DNA of 64,000 bases from the human T2T-CHM13v2.0 reference genome, Homo sapiens. A program made the position numbers and the translations under genes. The notes beneath the pieces were generated by a model. It was not told the DNA's origin. It saw nothing but the letters and a program-made list of their open reading frames with translations, and did not search any database. The stretch is from the NCBI RefSeq assembly GCF_009914755.1, contig NC_060928.1. One strand, given 5' to 3'. Of the stretch, positions 41,975 through 57,689 are shown one piece after another. Within the stretch, counting starts at the first letter, position 1, and every line of letters starts with the position of its first letter.

Positions 41975-44900
41975 ACCTTTGTCATTTTTTATTGTGTCTA
42001 TTTGATTCTTCTCTCTTTTCTTTTTTTATTAGCCTGGCTAGCAGTCTATCTATTTTGTTAATCTTTTCAAAAAACCAGCTTCTGGATTCATTGATTTTTT
42101 GAAGAGTTTTTCATGTCTCTATGTCCTTCAGTTCTGCTCTGATCTTAGGTGTTTCTTGTCTTCTGCTAGCTTTTGAATTTGTTTGCTCTTGCTTCTCTAG
42201 TTCTTTTCATTGTGATGTTAGGGTGTCAGTTTTAGATCTTTCCCACCTTTTCCTGTGGGCATTTAGTACTATAAATTTCCCTCTGAACACTGCTTTAGCT
42301 GTGTCCCAGAGATTTTGGTATGTTGTGTCTTTATTCCCATTGGTTTCAAAGAACTTATTTAATTCTGCCTTAATTTCATTATTTACCCAGTAGTTATTCA
42401 GGAGCAGGTTGTTCAGTTTCCATGTAGTTGTGTGGTTTTGAGTGAGTTTCTTAATCCTGAGTTCTAATTTGATTGCACTGTGGTTGGTCTGAGAGACTGT
42501 TATGATTTCCGTTCTTATGCATTTGCTGAGGAGTGTTTTACTTCCAATTGTGTGGTCAGTTTTAGAATATGTGTGGTGCTGAGAAGAATGTATATTCTGT
42601 TGATTTGGGGTGGAGAGTCCTGTAGATGTCTATTAGGTCTGCTTGGTCCAGAGCTGAGTTGAAGTCCGTCCTGGATATCTTTGTTAATTTTCTGTCTCAT
42701 TGATCTGTCTAATATTGACAGTGGGGTGTTAAAGTCTCCCGCTATTATTGTGTGGGAGTCTAAGTCTGTTTGTAGGTGTCTAAGAACTTGTTTTGTGAAT
42801 CTGGGTACTACTTTATTGGGTGCATATATATTTAGGATAGTTAGCTCTTCTTGTTGCATTGATCCCTTTACCATTATGTAATGCCCTTCTTTGTCTCTTT
42901 TGATCTTTGTTGGTTTAAAGTATGTTTTATCAGAGACTAGGATTGCAACACTGCTTTTTTTTGCTTTCCATTTGCTTGGTAAATATTCCTCCATCCCTTT
43001 ATTTTGAGCCTATGTATGTCTTTGCACATGAGATGGGTCTCCTGAATACAGCACACTGATGGGTCTTAACTCTATCCAATTTGCAAGTCTGTGTCTTTTA
43101 ATTGGGAGCATTTAGCCCATTTACATTTAAGGTTAATATTTGTTATGTGTGAATTTGATCCTGTCATTATGATGCTAGCTGGTTATTTTGCCCATTAGTT
43201 GATGCAGTTTCTTCATAGTGTCAGTGGTCTTTATAATTTGGTATGTTTCTGCAGTGGCTGGTTTTGGTTTTTCTTTCTTATGTTTAGTGCTTCCTTCAGG
43301 AGCTCTTGTAAGGCAGGCCTGGTGGTGACAAAATCTTTCCGCATTTGCTTGTCTGTAAAGGATTTTATTTCTCCTTTGCTTAGGAAGCTTACTTTGGCTG
43401 GATATGAAATTCTGGCTTGAAAATTCTCTTAAGAATGTTGAATGTTGGCCCCCAGTCTCCTCTGGCTTGTAGGGTTTCTGCAGAGAGATCCCCTGTTAGT
43501 CTGATGGGCTTCCCTTTGTGGGTAGCTTGACCTTTCTCTCTGGCTGCCCTTAACATTTTTTTCCTTCATTTCAGCCTCGGTGAATCTGACAATTATGTGT
43601 CTTGGGGTTGCTCTTCTCGAGATGTATCTTTGTGGTGGTCTCTGTATTTTCTGAATTTGAATGTTGGCCTGTCTTGCTAGGCTGGGGATGTTCATCTGGA
43701 TAATATCCTGAAGAGTGTTTTCCAAGTTGGCTTCATTATCCCCGTCACTTTCAGGTACACCAATTAAACATAGGTTTGGTCTTTTCACATAGTCTCATAT
43801 TTCTTGGAGGCTTTGTTCATTCCTTTTCATTCTTTTTTTCTCTAATCTTGTCTTCATGCTTTATTTCATTAAGTTGATCTTCAATCTCTGATATCCTTTC
43901 TTCCACTTGATTGATGTGGCTATTGATGCTTGTGTATGCTTCATGAAGTGCTCGTGTTGTGTTTTTCAGCTCCATCAGGTCATTTACATTCTTTTCTAAA
44001 CTGGTTATTCTAGGTAGCAATTCCTCTACGCTTTTTTCAAGGTTCTTAGCTTCCTTGCATTGGGTTAAAACATGCTTCTTTAGCTTGGAGAAGTTTGTTA
44101 TTACCCACCTTCTGAAGCCTACTTCTGTCAATTTGTCAAACTCATTCTCCGTCCAGTTTTGTTCCCTTGCTGGCGAGGTGTTGTGATCCTTTGGAGGAGA
44201 AGAGGCATTCTGGTTTTTGGATTTTCAGCCTTTTTTGTGCTGATTTTTCTTCATCTTTGTGGATTTATCTACCTTTGGTTTTCGATGTTGGTGACCTTCG
44301 GATGGGGTTTTTGAGTGGACGTCCTTTTTGTTGATGTTGATGCCATTCCTTTCTGTTTGTTAGTTTTCCTTCTAACAGTCAGGCCCCTCTGCTGCAGGTC
44401 TGCTGGAGTTTGCTGGAGGTCCTCTCCAGACCCTGTTTGCCTAGTTATCACTAGTGGAGGCTGCAGAACAGCAAAGATTGCTACCTGTTCCTTCCTCTGG
44501 AAGCTTCGTCCCAGAGGGTCACCCGCCAGATGCCAGCTGGAGTTCTCCTGTATGAGGTGTCTGTGGACCCCTGCTGGGAGGTGTCTCCCTGTCAGGAGGC
44601 ACAGGGGTCAGGGACCCACTTGAGGAGGCAGTCTGTCCCTTGGCAGAACTCGAGCGCTGTGCTGGGAGATCCGCTGCTCTCTTGAGAGCTGGCAGGCAGG
44701 AAGGTTTAAGTCTGCTGAGGCTGTGCCCATAGCTGCCCCTTTCCCCAGGTGCTCTTTCCCAGGGAGATGGGAGTTTTATCTCTAAGCCCCTGACTGGGGC
44801 TGCTGCCTTTCTTTCAGAGATGCCCAGCCCAGAGAGGAGGAATCTAGAGAGACAGTCTGGCTACAGCAGATTTGCTGAGCTGCGGAGGGCTCTGTCCAGT

Positions 44901-45855
44901 TCGAACTTCCAGGTGACTTTGTTTATACTGTGAGGGGAAAACTGCCTACTCAAGCCTCAGTAATGGTGGATGCCCCTCCCCGCACCAAGCTCGAGTGTCC
45001 CAGGTCGACTTCAGACTGTTGTGCTGGCTGCGAGAATTTCAAGCCAGTGGATCTTAGCTTGCTGGCCTCCATGGGGGTGGGATCTGCTGAGCTAGATCAC
45101 TTGGTTCCCTGGCTTCAGCCCTGCTTTTAGGGGAGTGAACGGTTCTGTCTCACTGGCCTTCCAGGCGCCACTGGGGTATTAAAAAAAAAACAGCTCTTGC
45201 AGCTAGCTCAGTGTCTGCCCAAATGGCCGGCCAGTTTTGTGCTGGAAACCCAGGGCCTTGGTGGTGTAGGCACCTGAGGGAATCTCCTGGTCTGCGGGTT
45301 GTGGACCATGAGAAATGTGTAGTATCTGGGCTGGAATGCACTGTTCCTCACGGCACAGTCCCTCACAGTTTCCCTTGGCTAGGGGAGCGAGTTCCCCGAC
45401 TCCTCGAGCTTCCCAGTGAGGCAATGCCCCACCCTGCTTTGGCTTGCCGTTGGTAGGCTGCACCCACTGTCTAACCAGTCCCAATGAGATGAACCGGGTG
45501 CCTCAATGGGAAATGCAGAAATCACCCACCTTCTGCATTGATCTTGCTGGGTGCTGCAGACTGGAGTAGTTCCTATTTTGCTATCTTGCCAGCCACCTCT
45601 AGTTATTCTATGAGGCTTATTTAGTATCCTAAATAAATTTTCTTTGTGCATTCTCTCAGCCTTATGCATTCTCTCAACTTATGCATAACATTTTAGTTAC
45701 CTGCCATCAGCGTAGGCAGTTTACAGAGGTGAACCTATTCTCTCTGTCTCATAAATAATATAAATAATTTCATGCTTAAACAATATTTCTGCAGCATTTC
45801 TGAACCAGAGATTTCTGATTTTTTTAAGGGGCTGCATAGTTTTCTATAGTGTGAA

Positions 45856-46191
45856 TAGGTTCACAGTTCCTTATTCACAACGTAAACTTCAAAAGCTCTG
45901 GAAACTGAATGTTTTCTTACAACTCACTTGGTTCACAACCTAACTTTTGATGAACTCATTTGGTATTGAACCCTACTTGAACCACCTCGAGGCTATTTAC
46001 TTTTAACTCACTTGTGTTAATATTTGTATGTTGTGTAGAAAAAACAGTAATGTATTTGATTATAGGTGCTGCCCCCAGCCCCACTGGGGGAGGTTCTGTC
46101 AAATATGGCAGATGTACATTACTTTTCTTAAAGTTTTGCATTCCAAAATACACATGGTCTCCAGGGTTTGAGATAAGGGATTGGAAGCCTA
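45856..46191. mobile_element. MER46C (TcMar-Tigger) DNA transposon fossil
   Basis: Terminal inverted ends 'taggttcacagttccttattc' / 'gataagggattggaagccta'; internal hairpin 'ccccagccccactgggg'. Family name from recalled consensus. Confidence 0.8.
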
Positions 46192-46461
46192 TTTTGGACA
46201 TATGGGAAAGGATAAATTTTTAATTTAAGGTCAAAATCATACTTTGTAAAAGTCATATTAAATAAAATGATACTATGTTAACATAGGTAATATAGGAATT
46301 AGATCCAGCTATAGATACGGATATGATTTTGTGCAAAACTGGTTATTTATGACTTCAGATAAATGGGACGGCCCTTATTCAACAAGAGCTAGTTTTGTTG
46401 TCTCTGTATGTTTAATTTGTCAAAGCTAAATTTTCAAGGCTGAATATTCATTGGTATAGTT

Positions 46462-46885
46462 CTGTTAGTCTGGGTTCTCAGAGAAGCAGATGCCAAGATA
46501 GGATTGAATGTGCAAGGATTTTATTTGGGGAAATGCCTGTGTGAGAGAAAATAGGAGCAAGATGGGGGAAGGCTGGGAGAGCTTTCAGACTGCAACACCA
46601 ATCTGACCCCAAGTGATGACAGAGGCAGAGAAGGCTGGCTGGAAGTGTCCTAGACTGTTGAAAAGTCTGAGAAAGGCTATTAGAGGCCTGCATCTCTCAG
46701 GAACAGGCCTGCCTTAGTATGCTTACTATACTCAGTGCTTCCAGTCACTGGCTGGGAACAACCTGTAGGAAGTGTAGCCTCAGAGCAAATGTGGAGAAGA
46801 TTCCAGAGTTTAGCAGCAGGGGCCCCAGCTCAGTAATGCTCCCTGTAGTTGGAAGTCTGCAAGGTGCATTTCCAAGGCCACTAAC
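46462..46885. mobile_element. ERVL-class solo LTR (LTR16-like)
   Basis: 'agtctgggttctcagagaagcagatgccaagataggattgaatgtgcaaggattttatttgggg' is typical of old ERVL LTR ends; subfamily uncertain. Confidence 0.6.
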
Positions 46886-47064
46886 GTGGTAGATGGATTT
46901 CCATGGTTTTTCTGATTATAGATGTGTACAAGATGGTTATATATATTTGCTTATTATAGAGACCTCTTTCCTGGTGTACAGAATATTCAGGAGTTCAAAT
47001 GGACCCCTAATGCATGGGGGCATTTCGGTCAGGATTAGCTTGACAGAGGAGCTTATAGTAGCAG

Positions 47065-47510
47065 TCATGATGATTATGCTGTAGTCACAAACAGCACTGA
47101 AATCTCAGGGGCTGAAATAACAGATGTTTGTCTCTTGTTCACACTGCATCTTTGCATTGCATCATCACTGCATCTTTGCATTGTATCATCACTGCATCTT
47201 GATTGTGGGTTGAGCAATTTGTAGCTAGCTTTTCTCCATGTTATCCTCACTCAGGGATCCAAGTTGATAGAGCCTCCACTATTCGGAACTGATATCACTG
47301 GTCTCAAGGTGATGTCAGGGAGAAGAGAACCTTGTGAATGGCCCACTGGCTCTTGAAGCTTTTATCTGGAAGTAACACATATCATTTCTATTGACATTTC
47401 ATTGTCTAAAGCAAAGCAAGTCACTAGGCCACATCTGACCTCAGGGCGAAGTGCAGTTCTGCCATTTTTTCAGAAGCAGAGAAGTCTAGAATATGATTAT
47501 CAGCCCTAAT
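47065..47510 (-). mobile_element. MLT1 (J/K/L-like) MaLR LTR
   Basis: 'ttatgctgtagtcacaaacag...aaatctcaggggctgaaataac', 'ggaagtaacacatatcatttctattgacatttcattg', 'aagcaagtcactaggccacatctgac'. Confidence 0.7.
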
Positions 47511-47524
47511 GTTTGTCATATGTT

Positions 47525-48460
47525 ATGTATTTAGTCAGGGCCCCAGAAGGAATAGATGGCATTCAGACTGGGTAGTGAGGGGAGCTTAGTAAGTGGACTA
47601 GTTACAACAGTGTGTTGTTTCAGTGATCTAGCACTGTATAATAAACTATTCTCAAACTTAGTGACTTAAAACAGCCATTGGTTATTAGTATAAATCATGA
47701 TTCTCTGGTTCAGGAATGCAGTCAGAACATGGTGGGGACAGCTCATCACTGCTCTGCGATGTCTGGGGCCTCAGCAGGCTGGGGCCTGAACAGGTTGGGG
47801 CTGATTAGATCTCTCTCTCTCTCCTTCTTTCCCTCCTTCCACACAGCCTCTCCACAGGGCTGCTTGGGCATCTTCACAGCATGGCAGCCTCCGGTAATTG
47901 GATTCCTGTACTGATTGAACTCCAAGGACTCCGAGAGTGAGTGTGCCAAAGAGGCAAAAGATAGAAGCTGCTAGTCTCCTAAGGCTGGGGAACCTGGAAG
48001 AGTATCCCTTATGCCATATTTCATTGTTCATAGTCACACAGAGACCACTCAATTTCAAGGGAAGAGGACAAAGACCCCACCTCTTTATAGTAGCAGTATT
48101 AAAGAATTTGTGGCCATATTCTGGGCAGGTTTACCACAGTTGCCACCCCTAAGTCTGAATGTGCTGTAAAGGGTCAAAGAGACATATGTGGAGAGGCCCA
48201 CCTGATAAGAGCCATGAACTTCAGTCATGGGTTACAACCTGCCTGAGGCAACCCTTCAGAGGGGAGTCAGGGGAATAAATAACTAAGTTTCCTTCTTCTT
48301 CCTTCCAGTCTCCTGCTGGAACCCCATTGGGTGAACCCAAGTGGAAAGCATATGGAAGGGAACCATGGGAAAAAGGTCCATACAGGTCTACTGGGGGGGC
48401 ATAGGGCAAGGTGGAAAAGGTGGAGAGTAGATTTAGAGGGGCCGTTGGAAGCCATCAGCA
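47525..48460. mobile_element. ERVL LTR (LTR33-like) split by an MLT1 LTR at ~47612-48125
   Basis: LTR33-like start 'tagtcagggccccagaaggaatagatggca' and end 'gagagtagatttagaggggc'; inner MLT1 'ctcaaacttagtgacttaaaacagc...aagaatttgtggccat'. Confidence 0.6.
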
Positions 48461-48784
48461 TGCTTATTTACCAGTATCAGCATCTTAGAGCAATAATTGG
48501 AAGGTAGATATGGTTCCTGTAGAGTGTGTTTGGGTTTAATGCATAAGTAAATTGCAGCTTAAAATTTTCTAGAAACACATTAGTGAATCTACTTTTTATA
48601 GCTTATAGTTACTGCCTCATTCTGTTTATTGATCCTTGTCCTCTGGAACCTAAAATCAGAGTTGGACTCCAATGTGACGGGTAGAAATGCTAACAACATA
48701 CTAGATATGAATAAATGAAGGAATATCTGAAGCATAGGTAGCCATCACCAAATCAGGCTTATTATTACATGAATTTATACAGAG

Positions 48785-49380
48785 TCAGGGTGTGCAGTGG
48801 AAGAGCATTAGACTGTGAGTAAGAGATCTGGGTTCTAGTCCTGGCTCTTTTGTTTACTACTGCTGTGTGAACTTGTGCAAAGCTTCCAACCTCCTTGAGT
48901 CACATTTTATATTAGTCCATTTTCACGCTGCTGATAAAGACATACCTGAGACTGGGAAGAAAAAGAAGTTTAATGGACTCACAGTTTTACATGGGTGGGG
49001 AGGCCTCACAATCATGGTGGAAGGCAAGCAGGAGCAAGTTACATCTTACATGGATGGCGGCAGGCATAGAGAGAGAGCTTGTGCAGGGAAACTCCTATTT
49101 ATAAAACCATCAGATCTCATGAGACTTATTCAATGTCACCAGAACAGCATGGGAAAGACCCGCCCCCATGATTCATTTACCTCCCACTGTGTCCTTCCCA
49201 CGACATGTGGGAATTGTGGGAGCTACAATTCAAGATGAGATTTGGGCAAATCATATCACATTTCCATAGCTGTACAATGAGGATAGTAGACCTCCTCTTT
49301 CCTCCTTACAGGGTATGAAAATCAAATATAAGTGTGTTCTGAAAAATCATATACTGTTATATGCAAAGGTATTATCATAA
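48785..49380 (+). mobile_element. MIR split by a THE1 LTR
   Basis: MIR 5' half ('gcagtggaagagcattagact...ctgggttctagtcctggctct') resumes after the LTR ('catttccatagctgtacaatgaggat'). Confidence 0.8.
48908..49258 (-). mobile_element. THE1 (B/C-like) solo LTR
   Basis: 'tattagtccattttcacgctgctgataaagacatacc...tacaattcaagatgagatttggg..catatca'; exact 5-bp TSD cattt at 48903-07 and 49259-63. Confidence 0.95.
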
Positions 49381-50132
49381 CTATTGCAGGACAGATTCTG
49401 CCATCTCATATGCAGTAAAAGGATAATATTGTTTGTTCAAAGACCATTTAGTCAGTGTGCACCAGGTGCAAAGTACTGCCAGACTCCATGGGGAAATGAA
49501 GGTGGCTGAAAAACTCTGTCATCTCCATGGAGTTTATAATCTGGGACCCAGGAGACTGACATGTTAATTTAAGCAAGAAAAACTAAGTGCTGTGACAGAG
49601 AAAGTAGCCAGGGCAGGTGGGGAGGGAGAGAGTGACATTGTGCCGAACCTTGAAGGTGAGCAGGTAGGGAGGGCGTGGAGGAGTGTGTTTGGATGAAAGT
49701 ACGCCAGGAGAGCTGTGATGTCCAAAAGAGGTGAGGGACCACGAGGACTGAGAAAAGACCCTAATGTGATTTGTAAGGCAGGTGAACATTGATATCCATA
49801 GTAAGCAGTGCAGAGGGAGTCAGATAAGGGGCTCAGGAACCATCTGGTGGTGACAAAATAATGCCGCTTAGTGTGGACTGGCATTCTGGGTAGTGTGGTG
49901 ATGAACAGAAGAAAACAGGCAGGGGATTCAAGAGAAGGGAAAGGTGTGGAGAAAAAGACAGACACAAGTGATTCAAGATTTAAGAGATAAGGGATTGTCC
50001 TGCTTTCTAGCTATAAAACCTTTCTACACTACCTAAAAGAGATGACTGCTTCTCCCTTAAGGACTATACCCAGCTTTTTCCTCACCAGGCTAATAAATGC
50101 ACTTAGCATTTGCTTAAAAATATTGGGATTGT

Positions 50133-51330
<1,198 letters not shown>

Positions 51331-51459
51331 CTGTTCCCTAGAGTTGGCAGCTCTCGGTGCCCATGTTATTCTGAGCACGTGCTCCTTTCTATTGTTAGGT
51401 GATTTTGCATTTGACCCTGCTTCCCTGCTCTTTCCTGAAACCCCTGGAAGGGCCTGCAT

Positions 51460-52091
<632 letters not shown>

Positions 52092-54699
52092 CTAATTGGT
52101 TTTGTCATTAGCTTGGGAAAATCTCCATCCAGATATGTTGTTTCAGGATCCTGGGCTGGTGGGAGACCCGTAGAGAGTTGGCAGTTGCAGCCAAAGATGG
52201 CTTCAGTGCTTGTCCTGGATCTGGCAGGATTAGAAAGAGGGGACTGTTAGGTTGTTTGGATGGGAAAAGGTTGTATAAGTAGCACCTCAGGCTCAGTCAT
52301 ATTATTTCTGTCAAATGTCTTGTGAACTAGGGTAGGGTAGTCTTTTGTTTAGTGGGTTGTTTTGCTCCTTTTTAAAAAGAGATTGTTACCAAATTATGGC
52401 AAAAGTTTGGGACTATCTCTGGTGGATAGAGGTAGAGACATCGAGGTGAATGTGCTGAAGTAAGAGGTAGATGGAAGGGAAGATAATTACATACCATCCC
52501 TTCTGCAGGCAGCTCACAGGCATTCGCAATGATAACTGTGACCACAAAGAAAGCCTGCACCTTTGGTTTATGCAAAGAGCAGCCAGCTGTGTTTCATTCA
52601 ACAAATTATTCCATTCAAGAGCACTTGGAAAGACAGAAGCAAAAAGTCTACCAGAAAAACTGATTTTTCCACCATCTCTTCTGTGCTGAAACCATGCTTG
52701 AACAACATACATGGGTAGAATAATTTCAGCCATTTCCTTAAAGGCATGTGTGCTGGGTTCATATAAGCCGCCGTGGAGCCCATTTGTTTTACAAGCTTGT
52801 CTTCCAAACATGCACATACGTATTCATGATCTGCATCCTGCAAGCTCAATAATTCATGGCTTATTGACTTAGGTTGATGGATGGAAGTTTTTTGGGGACT
52901 AGAGAAGTAAAGATGGAAATTTTGAGAGGCTGAGAGCAGCCACACTTGTGAGTTGCCCACTTGCTGTAAGTGTGTATGTGGGCGGGCAGGCTGGAACTCC
53001 GGTAGAGCCCAGTTTGGCTCTTACTGGCTAGGCATATTTTGGACTTTTATGCCCAGTGAAAATAGTGACTGAAGATTTTAAGAGCAATTAAGTACCATCT
53101 TCAAATTATTATCACCATTATAAAATATTAACGGGCTATAATTGGGTGCTGAGTTTGCAGGAGGAATACACTGATCGCTTATGTCATAGTGAGGAGTGGG
53201 CAGGACAGCATGCTGTTCAACCATGATTTAATTTCATTTCTCCTGTCCGTTCTTCCTCATGCCTCTCTAGTCTGGGAGATAGTAGCGGGGGTTCTGGAGT
53301 AGGAGAAGGGTAGACACAAGTCCTCTTACTTGTTCTCTGGCAGACTTCCCGTTGGATTTTTGGATGCTTCAGCAGGTCTCTGCTCTTTGTCACTTGTCAT
53401 CTGTGCCACTTCCTGAGGAAAAACGTCTTGAAGTTTTATGCCTGGTTTCCTATAATGCTGTGGAATTTCACTGATCATGTCATTCCTTTCAGTGGAAAAT
53501 GGGAAGAAGGAATCAAAAGCATGGAATGTAAGATGCCACCTTGGCTTTGGAATTTTTAGATTTTGTTTTTTAAATTTGGTGGTTCTTTGCTAAATCTTTT
53601 GTAGCTTCCCTTGACTTAGTTGAGCCCCAAACGAGGCACCATCTCTGGGGTGAACCAAACTAAAAGATACAGAGGAATACTTTTTTTGATATCTGCATTT
53701 CATATTTCTACTTATATATTTCAATAATTTGCAGAAAACCCCACAAAACATTGTCAACCTTATTGACCCATGGTTTTTAATCACTGAAGGCTCCTGAACA
53801 TTGTCTTGTTCTATTTTTGCTAGCTGCTTTTTCCTCTTCTTGTAATAATCTTGAGCTGTATTTGTTCATGTGGAACTTTGCCTGTTTCTTACCATGCTTG
53901 GAGTAAACCAGTGACTTAGATTGTATTCTCCACTGCGCTGAAAGCATACCTATGTGCCCACCTCAGCCCACAGACTGCTGGTCTGGTAAGAAGTTAGGGG
54001 GATTCCAACAATGTCCTGCAGAAATGAGGTGGTTCTTCTTAGAAGGTGCTGCTGTTGTCTCCACAGCTTTACAGGCAGGCGCTGGTTCCGGGACAGACAG
54101 GTATTCCATTTAGAGCCACCCAGCAGTTGGGGAAGTTGGGGATTCTTAAACTTGGCAGGAAAGCTCAATGCCCCTGGTACCATCTCACACTTACACCCTT
54201 ATCAGATGCTGTCCGAGATCCAGTTGTAACCAAGGGAGCCATAATTAAGGAGCCTGGCTCAGCTGGGATAGGAGTGGTGGAGCCCAAGCAATCATTCTGT
54301 CTACTCAGTTCCCCTGGACTTAAACAGAAGAGTACCGTGGAAGCAGAGGGCCAGATGTAACCATCACTATAATCAGTCAGTAAACACAATTGAACGAGGT
54401 AATTAAAAGGCCCAGTCCTGTTGTGGGCCTGCAACTAGGTAACATGGAGTGACGGTAGCACTATTAAATCTGGATTGAAAAAATCATATTAAGCAGGCCA
54501 GTTTTAGACAGACTAAATTAATAATTTCTCTATCCAGTGACAGCCAGCTATTAAGTAGATCTAGAAAATTTTAGTGACAAGTGTAAGAGGCTTTGACTTG
54601 GGAATTCTTGATTAATTGAAAACTAAAAGTGTGTACCATCTAATATATTCAATTAATGCATTATATTCAACTGATACAATTTTGGGAAGCTGCCTAGCT

Positions 54700-54930
54700 T
54701 GACAGTTCAAGAAATGGGTTTTGAGTTAGCAAGACCTTGGTTTGAGTCTAGTTCTTTGCTACTTTATGTGCCTGTGGCAGGTATTCTCATTGGTGTATAT
54801 GTATAATCTAGGGATAATAATACCTACCTTATCGGGCTTTTGTAAAGACTAAGTAAGATTATGCATTTAAAGTGCTTATCATTGTCTCTGGCACTTAGTG
54901 CTAAATACATACTACCTATTATTACTTATT
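54700..54930 (+). mobile_element. MIR
   Basis: 'gggataataatacctacctt...aagattatgcatttaaagtgctt..ctggcacttag'. Confidence 0.75.
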
Positions 54931-55038
54931 TAAGTAACCAGCTGAATCTCTAAAGTGAGACATCCTTCACATGACACTGTGTGTTACTAGCCAATAAATT
55001 TTATACCATTTTTGGTCACTATAGTGTTTTGATTTTAG

Positions 55039-55705
<667 letters not shown>

Positions 55706-55749
55706 TATGCCCTTGTGCCGGCACTTCTGCTATTAATGCTCCTTCGCTG

Positions 55750-55920
55750 AACTAGGATTCAGAAGACAGGGGTTCTAGTTATGTGTGCTGTCAAGGGTCT
55801 TAACCCAGTTAAGGATTCAGTTTTGTCTTCTATGGTAATCCCCACCTTGTCAGCCTCCCAAGACTGTGGTGGACATCAGATGATGTCAGATAAAAGCACT
55901 TTGGTGAAGCCTTTTCCAAA
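55750..55920 (+). mobile_element. Degenerate MIR
   Basis: 'aggattcagaagacaggggttctagtt...tcagttttgtcttctat...aaaagcactttgg'. Confidence 0.5.
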
Positions 55921-57139
55921 TGAGCAAGGTATTAAACTGGAGATAAGGAATCTCAAAATATTTCATATAACTTAAGACTTAGTAGTAGTATCTAAAGGCG
56001 AGTAGTGAAAGGAGATTGTTGGGTTCTTAAATATTAGGGGTTCCAAGAATGTGTTTCGGCCTCTAATGTGTGAGTAGTGTTTGATTGAGCGGGGTACCTC
56101 CCATTGTTCAGGATGCTGGCCAAGTGTCATTATTTATTACTATGAAATCAACCCTGCTCTCCTGTGTGGTGCTATTAAGATATGTGGACAGTGATTTCGA
56201 TACCATAAAACTTTTTTCGAATGGAAATGTTATCAGCTTGGGATTGCAATACTGGCCACTCAGTGATGTCATGTATATCACAGAATACTATAAGATACCA
56301 CTGTTCTACCTCTGACCCAGTCCTGCCAAATGCCTTGGTGCTATGGGCAGGAGGGAAAAGAGTGCTCCTTATAATTTGAAGTTACATAATAAAGATGTGA
56401 TGGGAAGATTTTCTTCAGCTGAGTATAACCATTATTACTTTTTTTCACTTCCCATTTTCTAGGTTATTAAGTGGAAAGATGATGTACCCAGACATTTAGA
56501 TCTATATACAAATATGCTTTCTCTTCATCCACATGTAGAAAAACCTACAAGAATCCATTATTTATCCCAGAGCTATACTGTGGACCAACTGTAGAACATA
56601 AAGAAATGACAAATGTTTATGGTGGAAAGCCTCTGAGAATGTGGAAATATAATAGAAGCAATTGGAACATTTGCTTCTTTTTTTTTAAAGAATATCTGTA
56701 ATTACTATCTGAAGTCTTGTGCTGAGTTTCCAGTGTAGTTAAGCACTGTGTCTTTGAATGTTTTGTAGACAAGGAGGCTCCCTGTAAGGCACGTGGCATG
56801 TGTTCAGCTGATACCTGGGCATATTGTTATGTGACTGGAAGACCAGATCTTTCCTCTCATTTTGCATAATCACACAACAAGTAGTGAACTAATTGGCCGT
56901 AGGATCTATATCACCTTGGCCTACAGCCAACTTCATAGTATCTTGAGGCACCCCATCACTTTAATGCTGTATCTAATGCTGTGCCAAAAAAAAACAAAAA
57001 ACCCCAAAAAACTAAAATAAATAAAAATGCTGTCTTAAGTAAGTAAACTTAAAATAGAGAGCAAAGAGGAAGGCACATTTATTCATTGACATGAACCTAG
57101 ATGTAGTGGTATCTAGTGAGTAAGTTTTTTGTGAAGGAT

Positions 57140-57375
57140 TTAATATGATGTGGATTTTAGAGTCAGACTACCAGGATTGGTTTCCCAGCTCTGCCACTTG
57201 CTAGCTCTGTGCCTTTGGTAGAGCACTTAATCTTTCTGAGCCATGTTCTTCATTTGTAAAATAGGGGCAATAATAATAATGCTTTACCTTATAGGACTGG
57301 TGAAGAGTAAATGAGTTGATACTTTAAAATGGTGCCTGGAACAATGTGTATGAGTTAACTCTTATTACTGTTTTT
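57140..57375 (+). mobile_element. MIR
   Basis: 'agagtcagact..cccagctctgccacttgctagctctgtg..ctgagcc..catttgtaaaatagggg'. Confidence 0.85.
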
Positions 57376-57689
57376 GTTTTTATTGTTACATACTTGTTGG
57401 GAAAATAATAGATTTAGATGACTAAACAGCTCTTTTGTTCCCACTCCATGCCACCCCATAATGCCACCATCTAGTGGATCTAAGAAGAGGCTCTGTGTAT
57501 ATCATCTTTCCACTGTAATTTATCAAATTTGGCATATTGCCAGGAGGAAACAGGTAGAGAATTGTAGAAATCAGGTTTATTAGGAGAAATAACTCAGAGG
57601 TGTAGACTTGGTAGAACCCAACCATTTGAATCTTTTCCTAGGCTAATCCCAAAGCTCCTTCTACCTCCTTCTCTGTAGACTCACTTCTC

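Noticed and set aside
49839-49850. Additional CTCF-like 12-mer (CCACCAGATGGT on the minus strand)
   Set aside because: A single partial match with poor flanks; expected by chance in 64 kb.
52372-54434. Overlapping 70-134 aa ORFs in repeat-poor sequence
   Set aside because: No recognisable domain, poly(A)/TSD or splice structure, and many have non-ATG starts; consistent with chance ORFs.
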